DNA from: Gemmataceae bacterium | GTDB lineage: Bacteria; Planctomycetota; Planctomycetia; Gemmatales; Gemmataceae | Reading direction: 5' to 3' | NCBI GenBank assembly: GCA_035638015.1 | Contig: DASRAT010000865.1 | Coordinates: 1 to 24,783 of the forward strand | Length of the DNA: 24,783 nt | Shown here: positions 15,095-23,709 of the stretch, in pieces | How the letters are laid out: each line of letters begins with the position of its first letter | Position numbering within the stretch: position 1 is the stretch's first letter | Made by a program: the position numbers and the translations under genes | Notes under the pieces: model-generated | Seen by the model: the letters and a program-made list of their open reading frames with translations, nothing else | Database searches by the model: none | Told to the model about the DNA's origin: nothing

Positions 15095-15571
15095 ATGAGG
15101 CGGTTTGCTGCAATTCTCGCTTTGTCCCTGAGTGCATTAATCGCTGTCTCGCCGGTGACTTCGCAGACGCCGGCCAAGGTGCAGCCCAAGCTGGAGCCGA
15201 TCGCCGAAACCAAGCTGCTCATGGAAGGCCTGGCCCACTCCAATTTTCGCGGCATCGAACGGTTGCTTGTGCAGAAACCGGCAGAGGTGCAAAACTGGAC
15301 CTTCGCCCGTGGCCAGGCTTTGTTGATTGCCGAGACCGCCAATCTGCTGATGTTGCGGCCGCCCAAATCGCAAGGTCAGCCGATTTGGTTCGACCGGGCC
15401 ACGGAATTACGCACTTCGGCCCAAGAACTGGCCAAGCTGTTGGCGGCGCAGGATTACGAAAAAAGCAAAAACGGCCTGGTGCAGATGGCCGGGACATGCA
15501 ACAAGTGTCATCAGGCGTTTCGCGTGCCAGTGCAGATTGCGGCTTTTGGGGATAAGGCGATTGAAGACTAG
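15095..15571 (+). CDS. Periplasmic class II cytochrome c (c'/c556-like four-helix bundle)
   Basis: Signal peptide, single C-terminal CxxCH (CNKCH), N-terminal Met (LLMEGL) as candidate sixth ligand. Extended -10 TGtTATGAT at 15042-15050. Confidence 0.85.
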   Translation: MRRFAAILALSLSALIAVSPVTSQTPAKVQPKLEPIAETKLLMEGLAHSNFRGIERLLVQKPAEVQNWTFARGQALLIAETANLLMLRPPKSQGQPIWFDRATELRTSAQELAKLLAAQDYEKSKNGLVQMAGTCNKCHQAFRVPVQIAAFGDKAIED

Positions 15572-15586
15572 ACGACAGCGATTTGC

Positions 15587-17197
15587 CTAGTTCTTTGTCG
15601 GCGGCAACGGCATCCGCACACGCAAATCATCCCCCGGCGGATTGTCTTCGTCGTTGCGGCCTTGATCATCAATGCCGTTGACGCCGAAGCTGTACAGCAA
15701 ATAGCCGTCGGCGGCGGGGCAGTAGATGAGCGGCTTGCCGGTGAAGAGATCGTCGGGGATTTTGGGCAAGTACTTGGGGGCCAAGTTGTCGAGCTTGGCA
15801 GGGTATTTGCCGATGTCGCTGCGATAGGCGGCCAGACCGAAAGCCAAGTGAAGATTGCGCGCCTTTTGTTCGTCACGGTCGGCGGTTTGCTGCAACTTTC
15901 CGGTCGGCAGGCCCGGTAGACCCCACAATGCGAGCATCAAATCACCCAGCAACTTGCCGCGTTCGCCGGGTTTCTTGGCGTCGACGAGGGCGCTGATTCC
16001 ACCGAGGTCAAAAAGGTCCGACTTGATCTTGGCCAAATCATTGGCAATCTCTGCCAACTGTTTTTCTCGTGTGGGGCGGTCTTGCACGCGCATGGCCGCC
16101 GCACATCGGTCGTAAAAGCGATTGGCGCTCCGTAAGGCCGGATCCCAATCGATGTCGTATAGAACCGGATTGGCTTTGGGATCAAGCGCCTGGGCAAAAA
16201 GGTCTCGATTCACACCCGCGAATTCGGCAATGCACTGTGTTCCGCGGCGGTCAACCAACAGGATGGCATCGAGAAACATGAAGCGTTCGTAGGTATCAAC
16301 GAAGTCGCTCAGACGCGTCTTGGGCGGCAACTTTTGCAGATCTTGCAAGCACTTCATGGCCTGCTTGGCGTCCAACTTGGCGGAATCCAAAAAGGTCAGG
16401 TCTGCCTGACTGGCGAGATTGTCGATGGCGACGCCAACCAGGTGCTCAATGAGACAGCCGCCGCGAGCCACGAGCCGACCCAAGCGATGGCAGGCGAGCA
16501 GGTCCTGCCAGGCTTCTTCAACTCGGCCTTCGCCAAGGTGCATCATGGCGCGGATTACCAGGGTGGTGGCGAATTCGCGGTTGCACTGCACGCTGGGCAA
16601 AAGGACGCCGACCAGTCCCGTCGGTTGCTTGTCCGCCGTCTCGGTCGGCAAAAGCGGCAAATAGTGGTGCGTGCGTTTACTGGCCTCGACGACGTGTGCC
16701 AGGGGTTTGTCATTGGCTTTCAACCACTTGGCCACCTGCGGAAAGTCCTTGGCCTTCCAGGGGCGTTCGCCGATTCGATCCAGCATCGCCCAGTATTTCT
16801 CGTCAGGCTTCATTTTTGGATCGATACTGCTGAGATATTTCAACAGGCGCACGAAGTAATCGCCTTTGTCCGGAGGCGTTGCGATGCCGAGCAATTTGAA
16901 AAAGCCGGCCGGCATGGTCGCGCCCTCGGGATGCGGGCCGGACGCTTTCCACAGCAGCACGTTGGCGTTGTTGTCCGGCGTCACACCTTGGCGCAAGCGG
17001 TCGTTGATGGCTTTGAGGAAGTCGGGATAGCCGTCCTTGTCGAGCGGTTCCGTGAGATAGGTCGTGTCCTTGGCGATGGTGAATTTGGGTTTGGTTTTCT
17101 TGTCGGGGCCTTTGGCCACTTGAGCGTCCGCGCAATGACATAAACCGCCCCAAGCGACGACAGGCAAAAGCGTCATCCAAACAGCAATACAGCGCAT
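15587..17197 (-). CDS. Secreted hypothetical protein with GspG-like C-terminal motif, paralogue 1 (536 aa)
   Basis: Signal peptide. Tail GKYPAKLDNLAPKYLPKIPDDLFTGKPLIY...YLLYSFG.NG.DD.G. Colinear with 17213-18808. Confidence 0.85.
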   Translation of the reverse strand: MRCIAVWMTLLPVVAWGGLCHCADAQVAKGPDKKTKPKFTIAKDTTYLTEPLDKDGYPDFLKAINDRLRQGVTPDNNANVLLWKASGPHPEGATMPAGFFKLLGIATPPDKGDYFVRLLKYLSSIDPKMKPDEKYWAMLDRIGERPWKAKDFPQVAKWLKANDKPLAHVVEASKRTHHYLPLLPTETADKQPTGLVGVLLPSVQCNREFATTLVIRAMMHLGEGRVEEAWQDLLACHRLGRLVARGGCLIEHLVGVAIDNLASQADLTFLDSAKLDAKQAMKCLQDLQKLPPKTRLSDFVDTYERFMFLDAILLVDRRGTQCIAEFAGVNRDLFAQALDPKANPVLYDIDWDPALRSANRFYDRCAAAMRVQDRPTREKQLAEIANDLAKIKSDLFDLGGISALVDAKKPGERGKLLGDLMLALWGLPGLPTGKLQQTADRDEQKARNLHLAFGLAAYRSDIGKYPAKLDNLAPKYLPKIPDDLFTGKPLIYCPAADGYLLYSFGVNGIDDQGRNDEDNPPGDDLRVRMPLPPTKN

Positions 17198-17212
17198 GAT
17201 TCTTCACCCCAT

Positions 17213-18808
17213 TCAGGATTTCTTCAAGGACGGCAACGGCATTTGAATGCGGATATCGTCACCCCGCGGTTCATCGTCATAGTCGCGGCCTTGATCGTCC
17301 TTTTCGTTGATGCCGAAACTATAGAGCAAATAGCCGTCGCCGGTCGGCCGATAGACAAGCGGTGTGCCGGTGAATAGATCTTCAGGAATCTTGGCCAGAT
17401 ATTTGGGAGAAAGCTTGTCGAGTTGGCCGGGGTATTTGCCCGTGTCAGCTCGGCAGGCGGCAAGTGCGAAGGCAACTTGGAGATTAAGGTGGACCTGCTC
17501 CCAGCGATCATTCCATTGTTGGAGGTCCACGATCGCGGGTTGCATCAAGGAGACCAGTTTGTCGCCTGTGACTTTTCCCAACGCCTCCGGATTGGCGCCC
17601 GCGGCTGCCCAGGCCTTGACGAAATCTTTGTGGTCGAAGACAGACTTCGAAAGTTTTCTCATGTCGGCGTTGTATTCCGACAGCAGCTTATTGCGGGTTT
17701 GCCGATCTTTGGTTCGCAGGGCAAGGATCATGCGATCGAAAATCTTGTTGCCATTGCGCAACGGGAGATCCCAGTTGATGCTTTCCCACACAGGATTGCT
17801 CACCGGTTTGCCGTCTAATTGGCCGAGCGAATCCGCTCCCGAGCGTGCAACAAAGAGAACGCTATCGATGAATTGGAAACGATTCAAATCAATACTGTCG
17901 GCCAATGGCGGCAAGGGTGGCAGCTTTTGCAGGTCGTTCAAACGGGTCATCGCTTGCTTGGAAGTGTCCTTGGTGCGATCCAAAAAGACCTCAACTGCCT
18001 TGGCTGCGCTGCCGTCGATTGTGCTTCTCCCGGCATTGTGGTGGATCAAATCCCCTCCCTGGGCAACCAACCTTCCCAGCCGGAGGCAGGTGATCAAGTC
18101 CAGCCAGGCTTCGTCATTGCGGCCTTCGCCAAGATGCAGCATCGCGCGAGCGAGCAGAGCGCGGGCCATCAATTTGCAGTATTGCGCACCGTGCCGCGGC
18201 GGAGCTATGATACCGGGCACATTGTCCTTGGACTTTTCGGGCACCAGTGGCGAATAGTAGCGTGGCCGTTTGACGGCCTCGGCGACGAGCGACAATGGCT
18301 TGTCACAATCCTTGAGCCAGGCCGCGACATGGGGATATTTCTCAGCGGTCCAGGGCTCCACGCAGAGTCGAAGCGACAGATCGAAAAGCTCGTTTTCTTT
18401 GAAGTCCTTGCCGATTTTGCCTTTGCTTTTCAGGTGTTGCATCAGGCTGACAAAATAAGCTCCATCCTTCGGCAACGGCTCGATGCCCAAAAACTTGAAG
18501 TAAGCGGCGGGTATGGCAACGTCAATGATAACGTCGTCGTATTGCGGTCCACATGCCTTCAGGAGGAGCACATTGGCATTGTTATCCGGCGTTACGCCCT
18601 TGCTCATCAGGTTGTTGAAACCCTTGACGTAGTCGACGTAGCCGCCCTTGTCGAGCGGCTCGGTCAAATAGGTGGTGTCTTTGGCGATGGTGAATTTGGG
18701 TTTGGCTTTTTTGTCGGGGCCGGCGATTGTTTTTTCCTGGGCAGCAAACAATGTGCTCGCAATGACCAAGAATCCCAAAACTGCGAGCGTTGCAATGAAG
18801 GTACGCAT
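17213..18808 (-). CDS. Secreted hypothetical protein with GspG-like C-terminal motif, paralogue 2 (531 aa)
   Basis: Start MRTFIATLAVLG at 18808 gives a clean signal peptide. Shares KPKFTIAKDTTYLTEPLDK, GVTPDNNANVLL and the same tail as paralogue 1. Confidence 0.85.
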   Translation of the reverse strand: MRTFIATLAVLGFLVIASTLFAAQEKTIAGPDKKAKPKFTIAKDTTYLTEPLDKGGYVDYVKGFNNLMSKGVTPDNNANVLLLKACGPQYDDVIIDVAIPAAYFKFLGIEPLPKDGAYFVSLMQHLKSKGKIGKDFKENELFDLSLRLCVEPWTAEKYPHVAAWLKDCDKPLSLVAEAVKRPRYYSPLVPEKSKDNVPGIIAPPRHGAQYCKLMARALLARAMLHLGEGRNDEAWLDLITCLRLGRLVAQGGDLIHHNAGRSTIDGSAAKAVEVFLDRTKDTSKQAMTRLNDLQKLPPLPPLADSIDLNRFQFIDSVLFVARSGADSLGQLDGKPVSNPVWESINWDLPLRNGNKIFDRMILALRTKDRQTRNKLLSEYNADMRKLSKSVFDHKDFVKAWAAAGANPEALGKVTGDKLVSLMQPAIVDLQQWNDRWEQVHLNLQVAFALAACRADTGKYPGQLDKLSPKYLAKIPEDLFTGTPLVYRPTGDGYLLYSFGINEKDDQGRDYDDEPRGDDIRIQMPLPSLKKS

Positions 18809-18886
18809 GAAGGAACCCTTGGGGCGAAATGCAATGCCGCCGCATGCCGCACCAAGCGCTAGTGGGGGCAAGGCAGCTCGATATCG

Positions 18887-18912
18887 CAAGCCGCCATTAT
18901 ACGCGCGGCTTG
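18887..18912 (-). promoter_or_regulatory. -10 box inside an 8-bp inverted repeat (candidate operator)
   Basis: CAAGCCGC (18887-18894) / GCGGCTTG (18905-18912) enclose the minus-strand TATAAT (18901-18896). Confidence 0.45.
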
Positions 18913-19026
18913 AAGGCGCAAACCCCAAATGCCACGAATTGCAGTTGTCTACTAGTGTTGTGTCACTGCTTGTTATTCGAGTCGACGCAATGGAATCGGC
19001 CAATCGATTGCAACCGATGGTAGGCA

Positions 19027-19188
19027 CCCCCTGAAATGAATATTTGGCCGACGCATGCGGAAATCAAGCAAAGCCTTTGTTTTCAATATCTTGCGCATGT
19101 GTATCTTGGTAGGCTGGTTCGGCTTTCCTCCGGATTCATTTCACAGGGGTCTGGGGGGGGCGTGAAATGAAACGAATCCTGAAATGAA
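19027..19188. repeat. Cluster of four TGAAATGAA 9-mers in both orientations
   Basis: + at 19032-19040, 19163-19171 and 19180-19188; - at 19135-19143. Confidence 0.8.
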
Positions 19189-19247
19189 CGCGGCTCCAAG
19201 TTCGTCATCGAGTTTTTGGAATCTACAAAAATAGCGTGGAGCTGGCC

Positions 19248-20303
19248 CTAGTCGCCGGGCAATTCCACCGCGGCCCCGCGTTCCGCGCTCAACGCCACCG
19301 CCTCGGTGAAGCCCATGTATAGCGCTCCGGTGGCAAAATCTGTCAAGCGCACCGGTTTGCCCTCCCTAATCGAACTCACAAAGTCTGACTCGACTTGCCA
19401 GCCGCCTGCTTTTTCCGGGGAGATTGGGATTTCTTTGAGTTCCGTCGAGCCGCCGTGGAGCTTGCTGGCGCCGAGAATGCGGTCGGTGTTCAAGTCGTAG
19501 TGCAAGAAGCCTTCGGAGCCGTAAAGGGCGATGGCCATTTGCTGGCCGACGGGTGTGACGCCGCTGAAGTGGTAGCTGGCTCGCGCGCCGTTTTCGAGGA
19601 TGGCTAACACCTGGACGCTGTCGGGCGTTTCCACGGCTCGGCGGACGCCGCTTTCGGGGTCGATGCGCGTTGCATGAAAGGCGTGCACTTGGGCCAAAAC
19701 GCGGATGGGCGGCGGGGCCCAGCGCAGCACCGTCTCGTGGACGATGCCCAGTGTCAGCATGTTGTAACCGGAAAGGGCTGCGTCTTGCCGCCAGGACAGG
19801 GGAGCAGCTGGATCGGCCAGGGCGGCGTTCTGGCCGATGACGTGGACCTCGCGCATTTCGCCCAGGTAACCAGCCTGAAGCAGCTCGCGCATGATTTCGT
19901 TGCCTTTTAGACCGAATGGACTGGGCACGACCTGCGTCACTAATTGTGGATGCGCTTTGGCGGCGGCCAGCATCTGTTCGGCTTCGTCAACGTTCATGCA
20001 CAGGCGGGCCTCGGTAAGAACGTGTTTGCCGGCGTCCAGGGCGGCCAGGGTGATCGGGCAATGCAGGTAGGGCCAGGTGCCGATGACGATGGCGTCGATG
20101 TCAGGATCGGTGACCAAGTCTTGCCACTGGGCGTGCGTTTTGTGAATGCCGAATTCACTGGCCACGGCGGCGGTGGTGGCCGGGCGGCGATTGCAGACGG
20201 CGGTGATTTCGACATTGGGCAAGGCCAAAAGTCCGGGGATGTGCCGTAGGCGGGTGTTGGCCCCGGCCCCGATCAAACCGACCCGCAGACGCTGTGCTGT
20301 CAT
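19248..20303 (-). CDS. Gfo/Idh/MocA family oxidoreductase
   Basis: LRVGLIGAG Rossmann motif, DIDAIVIGT...H....LAALDAGKHVLTE. Confidence 0.92.
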   Translation of the reverse strand: MTAQRLRVGLIGAGANTRLRHIPGLLALPNVEITAVCNRRPATTAAVASEFGIHKTHAQWQDLVTDPDIDAIVIGTWPYLHCPITLAALDAGKHVLTEARLCMNVDEAEQMLAAAKAHPQLVTQVVPSPFGLKGNEIMRELLQAGYLGEMREVHVIGQNAALADPAAPLSWRQDAALSGYNMLTLGIVHETVLRWAPPPIRVLAQVHAFHATRIDPESGVRRAVETPDSVQVLAILENGARASYHFSGVTPVGQQMAIALYGSEGFLHYDLNTDRILGASKLHGGSTELKEIPISPEKAGGWQVESDFVSSIREGKPVRLTDFATGALYMGFTEAVALSAERGAAVELPGD

Positions 20304-20405
20304 GATGTGGCTCTTTGGGAAAATTGTTTACTTGCAACTTGCGCCCAGTCTGGTAGTATGCCAACCTGGAGCAGGTCTTGTGTATCTTTTACAGGGAGAT
20401 TAACG

Positions 20406-20951
20406 ATGCGCCAACTAGCGGTTTTCGCTTTGGTGACGGGTTTGGTTGGCCTGACTAGCCTTGGCAATGCCGACCAGGGTGGTGAGGTCAAGTGCAAGGT
20501 CGATGGGTTGCACCTGTGTTGTGCGACTTGCGACAACACGGTAAAGGCAATTCTGGGCAAAGTGGACGGAGTGTCCAACGTGAAGGTCGACCGCAAAGCG
20601 GCCGACAAGGTGACCTTCACAGCCAAGTCGGACAAGGAAGCGAAAGTCGCACTGGACGCACTGATCAAGGGCGGCTTTTGCTGCGACGTGACGGCCGGCT
20701 CGAAGAACATGAAACCGGAAATCGCCAAGGTCGATTTCAAGGGCGATTCGGTCACCTTCAATGACGTGCATATCTGCTGCGGCGCTTGCACAACGGCGGT
20801 CAAGGGTTTGTTCACCGATGCCAAGGTCACGGTAAACGGCAAGGGCGCTCAAAAGTCCGTGACCATCACCGGCAAGAACCTGGACGCTCAGGTGGTGGCC
20901 GAAAAAATGCAAAAGGCCGGTTTCACGGGTGTTTTTGAAGCAAAGAAGTAA
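20406..20951 (+). CDS. Secreted protein with two HMA-like domains (HxCCxxC)
   Basis: Signal peptide, GLHLCCATC and VHICCGAC at the start of two beta-alpha-beta-beta-alpha-beta-like repeats. Candidate promoter TTGCAA-16-TAGTAT at 20332-20359. Confidence 0.8.
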   Translation: MRQLAVFALVTGLVGLTSLGNADQGGEVKCKVDGLHLCCATCDNTVKAILGKVDGVSNVKVDRKAADKVTFTAKSDKEAKVALDALIKGGFCCDVTAGSKNMKPEIAKVDFKGDSVTFNDVHICCGACTTAVKGLFTDAKVTVNGKGAQKSVTITGKNLDAQVVAEKMQKAGFTGVFEAKK

Positions 20952-20972
20952 GACGCCTGCGGCGTTAGGATT

Positions 20973-21003
20973 AGCCCACGGGTCGCTGCCCGTGGGCTTT
21001 TTT
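20973..21003 (+). terminator. Rho-independent terminator / REP-like hairpin
   Basis: AGCCCACGGG-TCGCTG-CCCGTGGGCT followed by TTTTT, 21 nt after the stop. Confidence 0.8.
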
Positions 21004-21012
21004 GTTGCGCGG

Positions 21013-21029
21013 GCTAAGCCGCAAGCGGC
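21013..21029 (-). repeat. REP-like 17-mer, copy 3
   Basis: GCTAAGCCGCAAGCGGC is the exact reverse complement of 6746-6762. A degenerate opposite-orientation copy lies at 20952-20969. Confidence 0.75.
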
Positions 21030-21030
21030 C

Positions 21031-21039
21031 TGCTATAAT
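21031..21039 (+). promoter_or_regulatory. Extended -10 promoter of panB
   Basis: TGcTATAAT, 7 nt before the in-frame ATG at 21047. Confidence 0.6.
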
Positions 21040-21046
21040 GGGGCAC

Positions 21047-21850
21047 ATGTCAACGATGAATGCCAAGACTGTGACGGTTCCCGATATTCTCGCCGCCAAG
21101 GCGCGCGGACCGCGCATTACCATGCTGACTTGCTACGACTTCGCGATGGCGCGGTTGCTGGACGACGGGGGCGTGGACATACTGCTGGTCGGGGATTCGG
21201 TAGGCATGGTCGTTCAGGGGCTGCCCAACTCCTTGTCGGTGACGCTGGAGGAGATGATTTATCACACGCGCCTGGTTGCCCGAGGCGTGCGGCGGAGTCT
21301 GCTGGTCACGGATATGCCATTCATGAGTTATCAGGTTAGTCCGCAGCAAGCACTGACCAACGCGGGCCGGCTTGTGAAAGAAGGCGGTGCCCAAGCGGTG
21401 AAACTGGAAGGGGGAGTGCGGACGGCGGAGGCGGTCGCTGCCGTGGTGTCGGCCGATATTCCGGTCATCGGCCATGTCGGACTGACGCCGCAATCGGTAA
21501 ACCGCTTTGGCGGCTTCAAAGTGCAGCGCGATGAGGAACGGTTGTTCGAGGATGCCTTGGCGATTGAGAAGGCCGGGGCGTTTGCGTTGGTGGTGGAGTG
21601 TGTTCCGGCGGCGCTTGCCGCCAAACTAACGGCGGCTTTGAAGATTCCAACCATTGGCATTGGCGCCGGCGCCGGGTGTGATGGGCAGGTGTTAGTGACG
21701 CCCGATATGTTTGGGCTATTGCCTGATTTCCGGCCGCGGTTTGCCAAGCAATATGTGGACCTGGGGGCGGCGATCACGGAGGCGGCGCGGGCGTTTTGCC
21801 GGGAGGTCAAGGAGGGGGCGTTTCCGGGCAAGGAGCATGAATTTCGTTAA
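21047..21850 (+). CDS. panB: 3-methyl-2-oxobutanoate hydroxymethyltransferase
   Basis: ITMLTCYD, DILLVGDS.GM, TDMPFMSY, VKLEGG, GHVGLTPQ, TIGIGAG..CDGQVLV. Confidence 0.97.
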   Translation: MSTMNAKTVTVPDILAAKARGPRITMLTCYDFAMARLLDDGGVDILLVGDSVGMVVQGLPNSLSVTLEEMIYHTRLVARGVRRSLLVTDMPFMSYQVSPQQALTNAGRLVKEGGAQAVKLEGGVRTAEAVAAVVSADIPVIGHVGLTPQSVNRFGGFKVQRDEERLFEDALAIEKAGAFALVVECVPAALAAKLTAALKIPTIGIGAGAGCDGQVLVTPDMFGLLPDFRPRFAKQYVDLGAAITEAARAFCREVKEGAFPGKEHEFR

Positions 21851-21981
21851 CATTTCGAGATCGACGCAGCAAAAGTTTTTGGCCGCTTTTTGCTTGCTTT
21901 CAAATGGGGACCCATTAATATCGTCAATCAATCTAACCAGCGTTGGATTTCAACAATTTCATTATTTTCGTGGAGAAGTCC

Positions 21982-22350
21982 ATGAAGCGCGTCCTGATCG
22001 TATTTGCGACGTTGGCATTGGCGGCTGTGGTGTTCTCGACTAGCGGCTACAGTCAAGACAAGAAACAAGATCCCCAACCCAAGCAACCCAAAGCACCGGG
22101 CATTCCTGTCACCTGGGGTTGGCAAAAAATCGGGCTGGTGGCGGACCAAAAGAAGAAGGTTCAGGAAGTCATCGGCAGCTATACCGGCAAGATCAAGGAT
22201 TTGCAGGAAAAGATCGACAAGCTCAAGGATGACGAATATGCCGAGGCTTACAAGATCCTCGATGATATGCAAAAAGCGAAGGTCAAGAAGCCCTACGAGA
22301 AGCCGCCAGTTGACCCTGCCAAAGATGACAAGAAGAAAACCGGCGGTTGA
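21982..22350 (+). CDS. Small secreted helical protein, Spy/CpxP (LTxxQ)-like
   Basis: Signal peptide MKRVLIVFATLALAAVVFSTSGYSQ, GLVADQKKKV...ILDDMQKAKV repeats of an LTxxQ-like motif. GGAG upstream. Confidence 0.7.
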   Translation: MKRVLIVFATLALAAVVFSTSGYSQDKKQDPQPKQPKAPGIPVTWGWQKIGLVADQKKKVQEVIGSYTGKIKDLQEKIDKLKDDEYAEAYKILDDMQKAKVKKPYEKPPVDPAKDDKKKTGG

Positions 22351-22384
22351 GCGTGAGCGGCCCGCGGTGACACGAAACCAATAC

Positions 22385-22417
22385 AAAGCCCACGTGCATC
22401 TGCTCGTGGGCTTTTTG
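22385..22417. terminator. Rho-independent terminator of the AGCCCACG/CGTGGGCT family
   Basis: AAAGCCCACG (22385-22394) / CGTGGGCTTT (22405-22414) plus T-run. Same arm sequence as 20973-20998. Confidence 0.8.
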
Positions 22418-22461
22418 CATTAAGCTGTTGGTAACATCGCTCAATGTGGAAGGAGCTTGCT

Positions 22462-23607
22462 ATGTTGAGCCTTGCCAAAATAAGTCGCCGAGACTTTCTG
22501 CGTGTCGGTGGCATCACCACGGGTTCGGCAGGTTTGTCGCTCGCTAACATTGCCCAAGGTCGAGCGGGTTTGGGCACTACGGAAAAAAACTTCATTCTGC
22601 TCTTTCTCGTTGGCGGTCCCAGTCAGCTCGATACCTGGGACATGAAGCCCCACGCACCCAGCCATGTTCGTGGCCCGTTTCGGCCGATTCGCACCAATGT
22701 TCCGGGACTTGAGATTTGCGAACATTTCCCGCGTATGGCCACGATGGCTCAGCGTTTTGCCATTGTGCGCTCGGTTCATCACGAGGAAGCGGCGATCCAT
22801 GAGACCGGTCAGCAATTGTTGCAAACTGGGAGGTTGGCGGAAGGCGGGATTGTCTTTCCCCATTACGGTGCGGTGGTGTCCGCATTGCGAGGCCGGCGGT
22901 ATGTGTTGCTGCCCAGGCCGCTGGGTGACACCGGCGTCAACATGAGCCATGGGCAAGGCGCCGGTTTTTTGGGGCGAAGCCACGAACCATTTTCTCCGGT
23001 CGCTTACGCTCCTGGCTCGCCGGCTTTTGATCTTGGCAAGGAACGCGGAGGTTTGAGGGATCGTTATGGCCGTAATCCCTTTGGCCAATCGTGTCTGCTC
23101 GCGCGCCGATTGGTGGAACGCGGGGTGGGCGTTGTGTCAGTCAACATGTTCGACACCGTCTTCAACACCGTGACTTGGGATTGTCATGCTGCCGGCGGGT
23201 CACTCGCCACGACGCTAGACGACTATCGCGCAACCGTCTGTCCAATGTTCGATATGGCATATGCCGCATTGCTTGGCGATTTGGATGATCGCGGTTTGTT
23301 GACAAACACGTTGGTGGTGGCGATGGGCGAATTCGGCCGCACACCAGTGCTCAATTCCTGCGGCGGCCGCGATCACTGGCCGGGCGTTTGGTCCATCCTC
23401 TTCGCCGGGGGCGGGGTTCGCGGCGGGCAAGTCATTGGCTCATCCGATTCGCTTGCTGCCGAGCCGCGCGATCGACCGGTCACGCCCGCCGAAGTGGCCG
23501 CCACGATTTACCAAGCATTGGGGGTCAATCAGAATGCGCGCGTGCCAATGGTGGATGGCACTATGGTGTCGCTGGTGAACGCCGCTCCAGTCGGTGAGCT
23601 ATTCTAA
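22462..23607 (+). CDS. DUF1501 domain protein
   Basis: SRRDFLRVG Tat-like motif, LFLVGGPSQLDTWDMKP, RDRYG...FGQSCLLARRLVE.GV, WDCH, GEFGRTP, GGRDHW. AAGGAG before ATG 22462. Confidence 0.92.
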   Translation: MLSLAKISRRDFLRVGGITTGSAGLSLANIAQGRAGLGTTEKNFILLFLVGGPSQLDTWDMKPHAPSHVRGPFRPIRTNVPGLEICEHFPRMATMAQRFAIVRSVHHEEAAIHETGQQLLQTGRLAEGGIVFPHYGAVVSALRGRRYVLLPRPLGDTGVNMSHGQGAGFLGRSHEPFSPVAYAPGSPAFDLGKERGGLRDRYGRNPFGQSCLLARRLVERGVGVVSVNMFDTVFNTVTWDCHAAGGSLATTLDDYRATVCPMFDMAYAALLGDLDDRGLLTNTLVVAMGEFGRTPVLNSCGGRDHWPGVWSILFAGGGVRGGQVIGSSDSLAAEPRDRPVTPAEVAATIYQALGVNQNARVPMVDGTMVSLVNAAPVGELF

Positions 23608-23709
23608 AATAAGGCGCTATCTCAGCAATCTTCGCTTGTCGCTGACGAATAACCTGGCGGAAGCGAACCCTCCGCCGCTCGTCCTTTCCATGTGAACGGA
23701 GGTGCAGTC

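Noticed and set aside
15587-18808. Diversity-generating retroelement template/variable repeat pair
   Set aside because: Differences between the similar blocks are not adenine-specific, both lie in intact paralogous genes, and there is no reverse transcriptase.
17213-19027. ORF-track upstream starts (19027, also 1792, 3787, 5360, 6152, 7067, 8796, 12615, 13403, 15062, 20307, 21002, 21943, 22444, 23692)
   Set aside because: The extensions run through promoters, repeats or neighbouring genes and bury signal peptides. Downstream ATGs have better SD or -10 context.
6133-21029. CRISPR array or IS element from the repeated palindromes
   Set aside because: The repeats are dispersed rather than regularly spaced, with no spacers, cas genes, transposase or target-site duplication seen.
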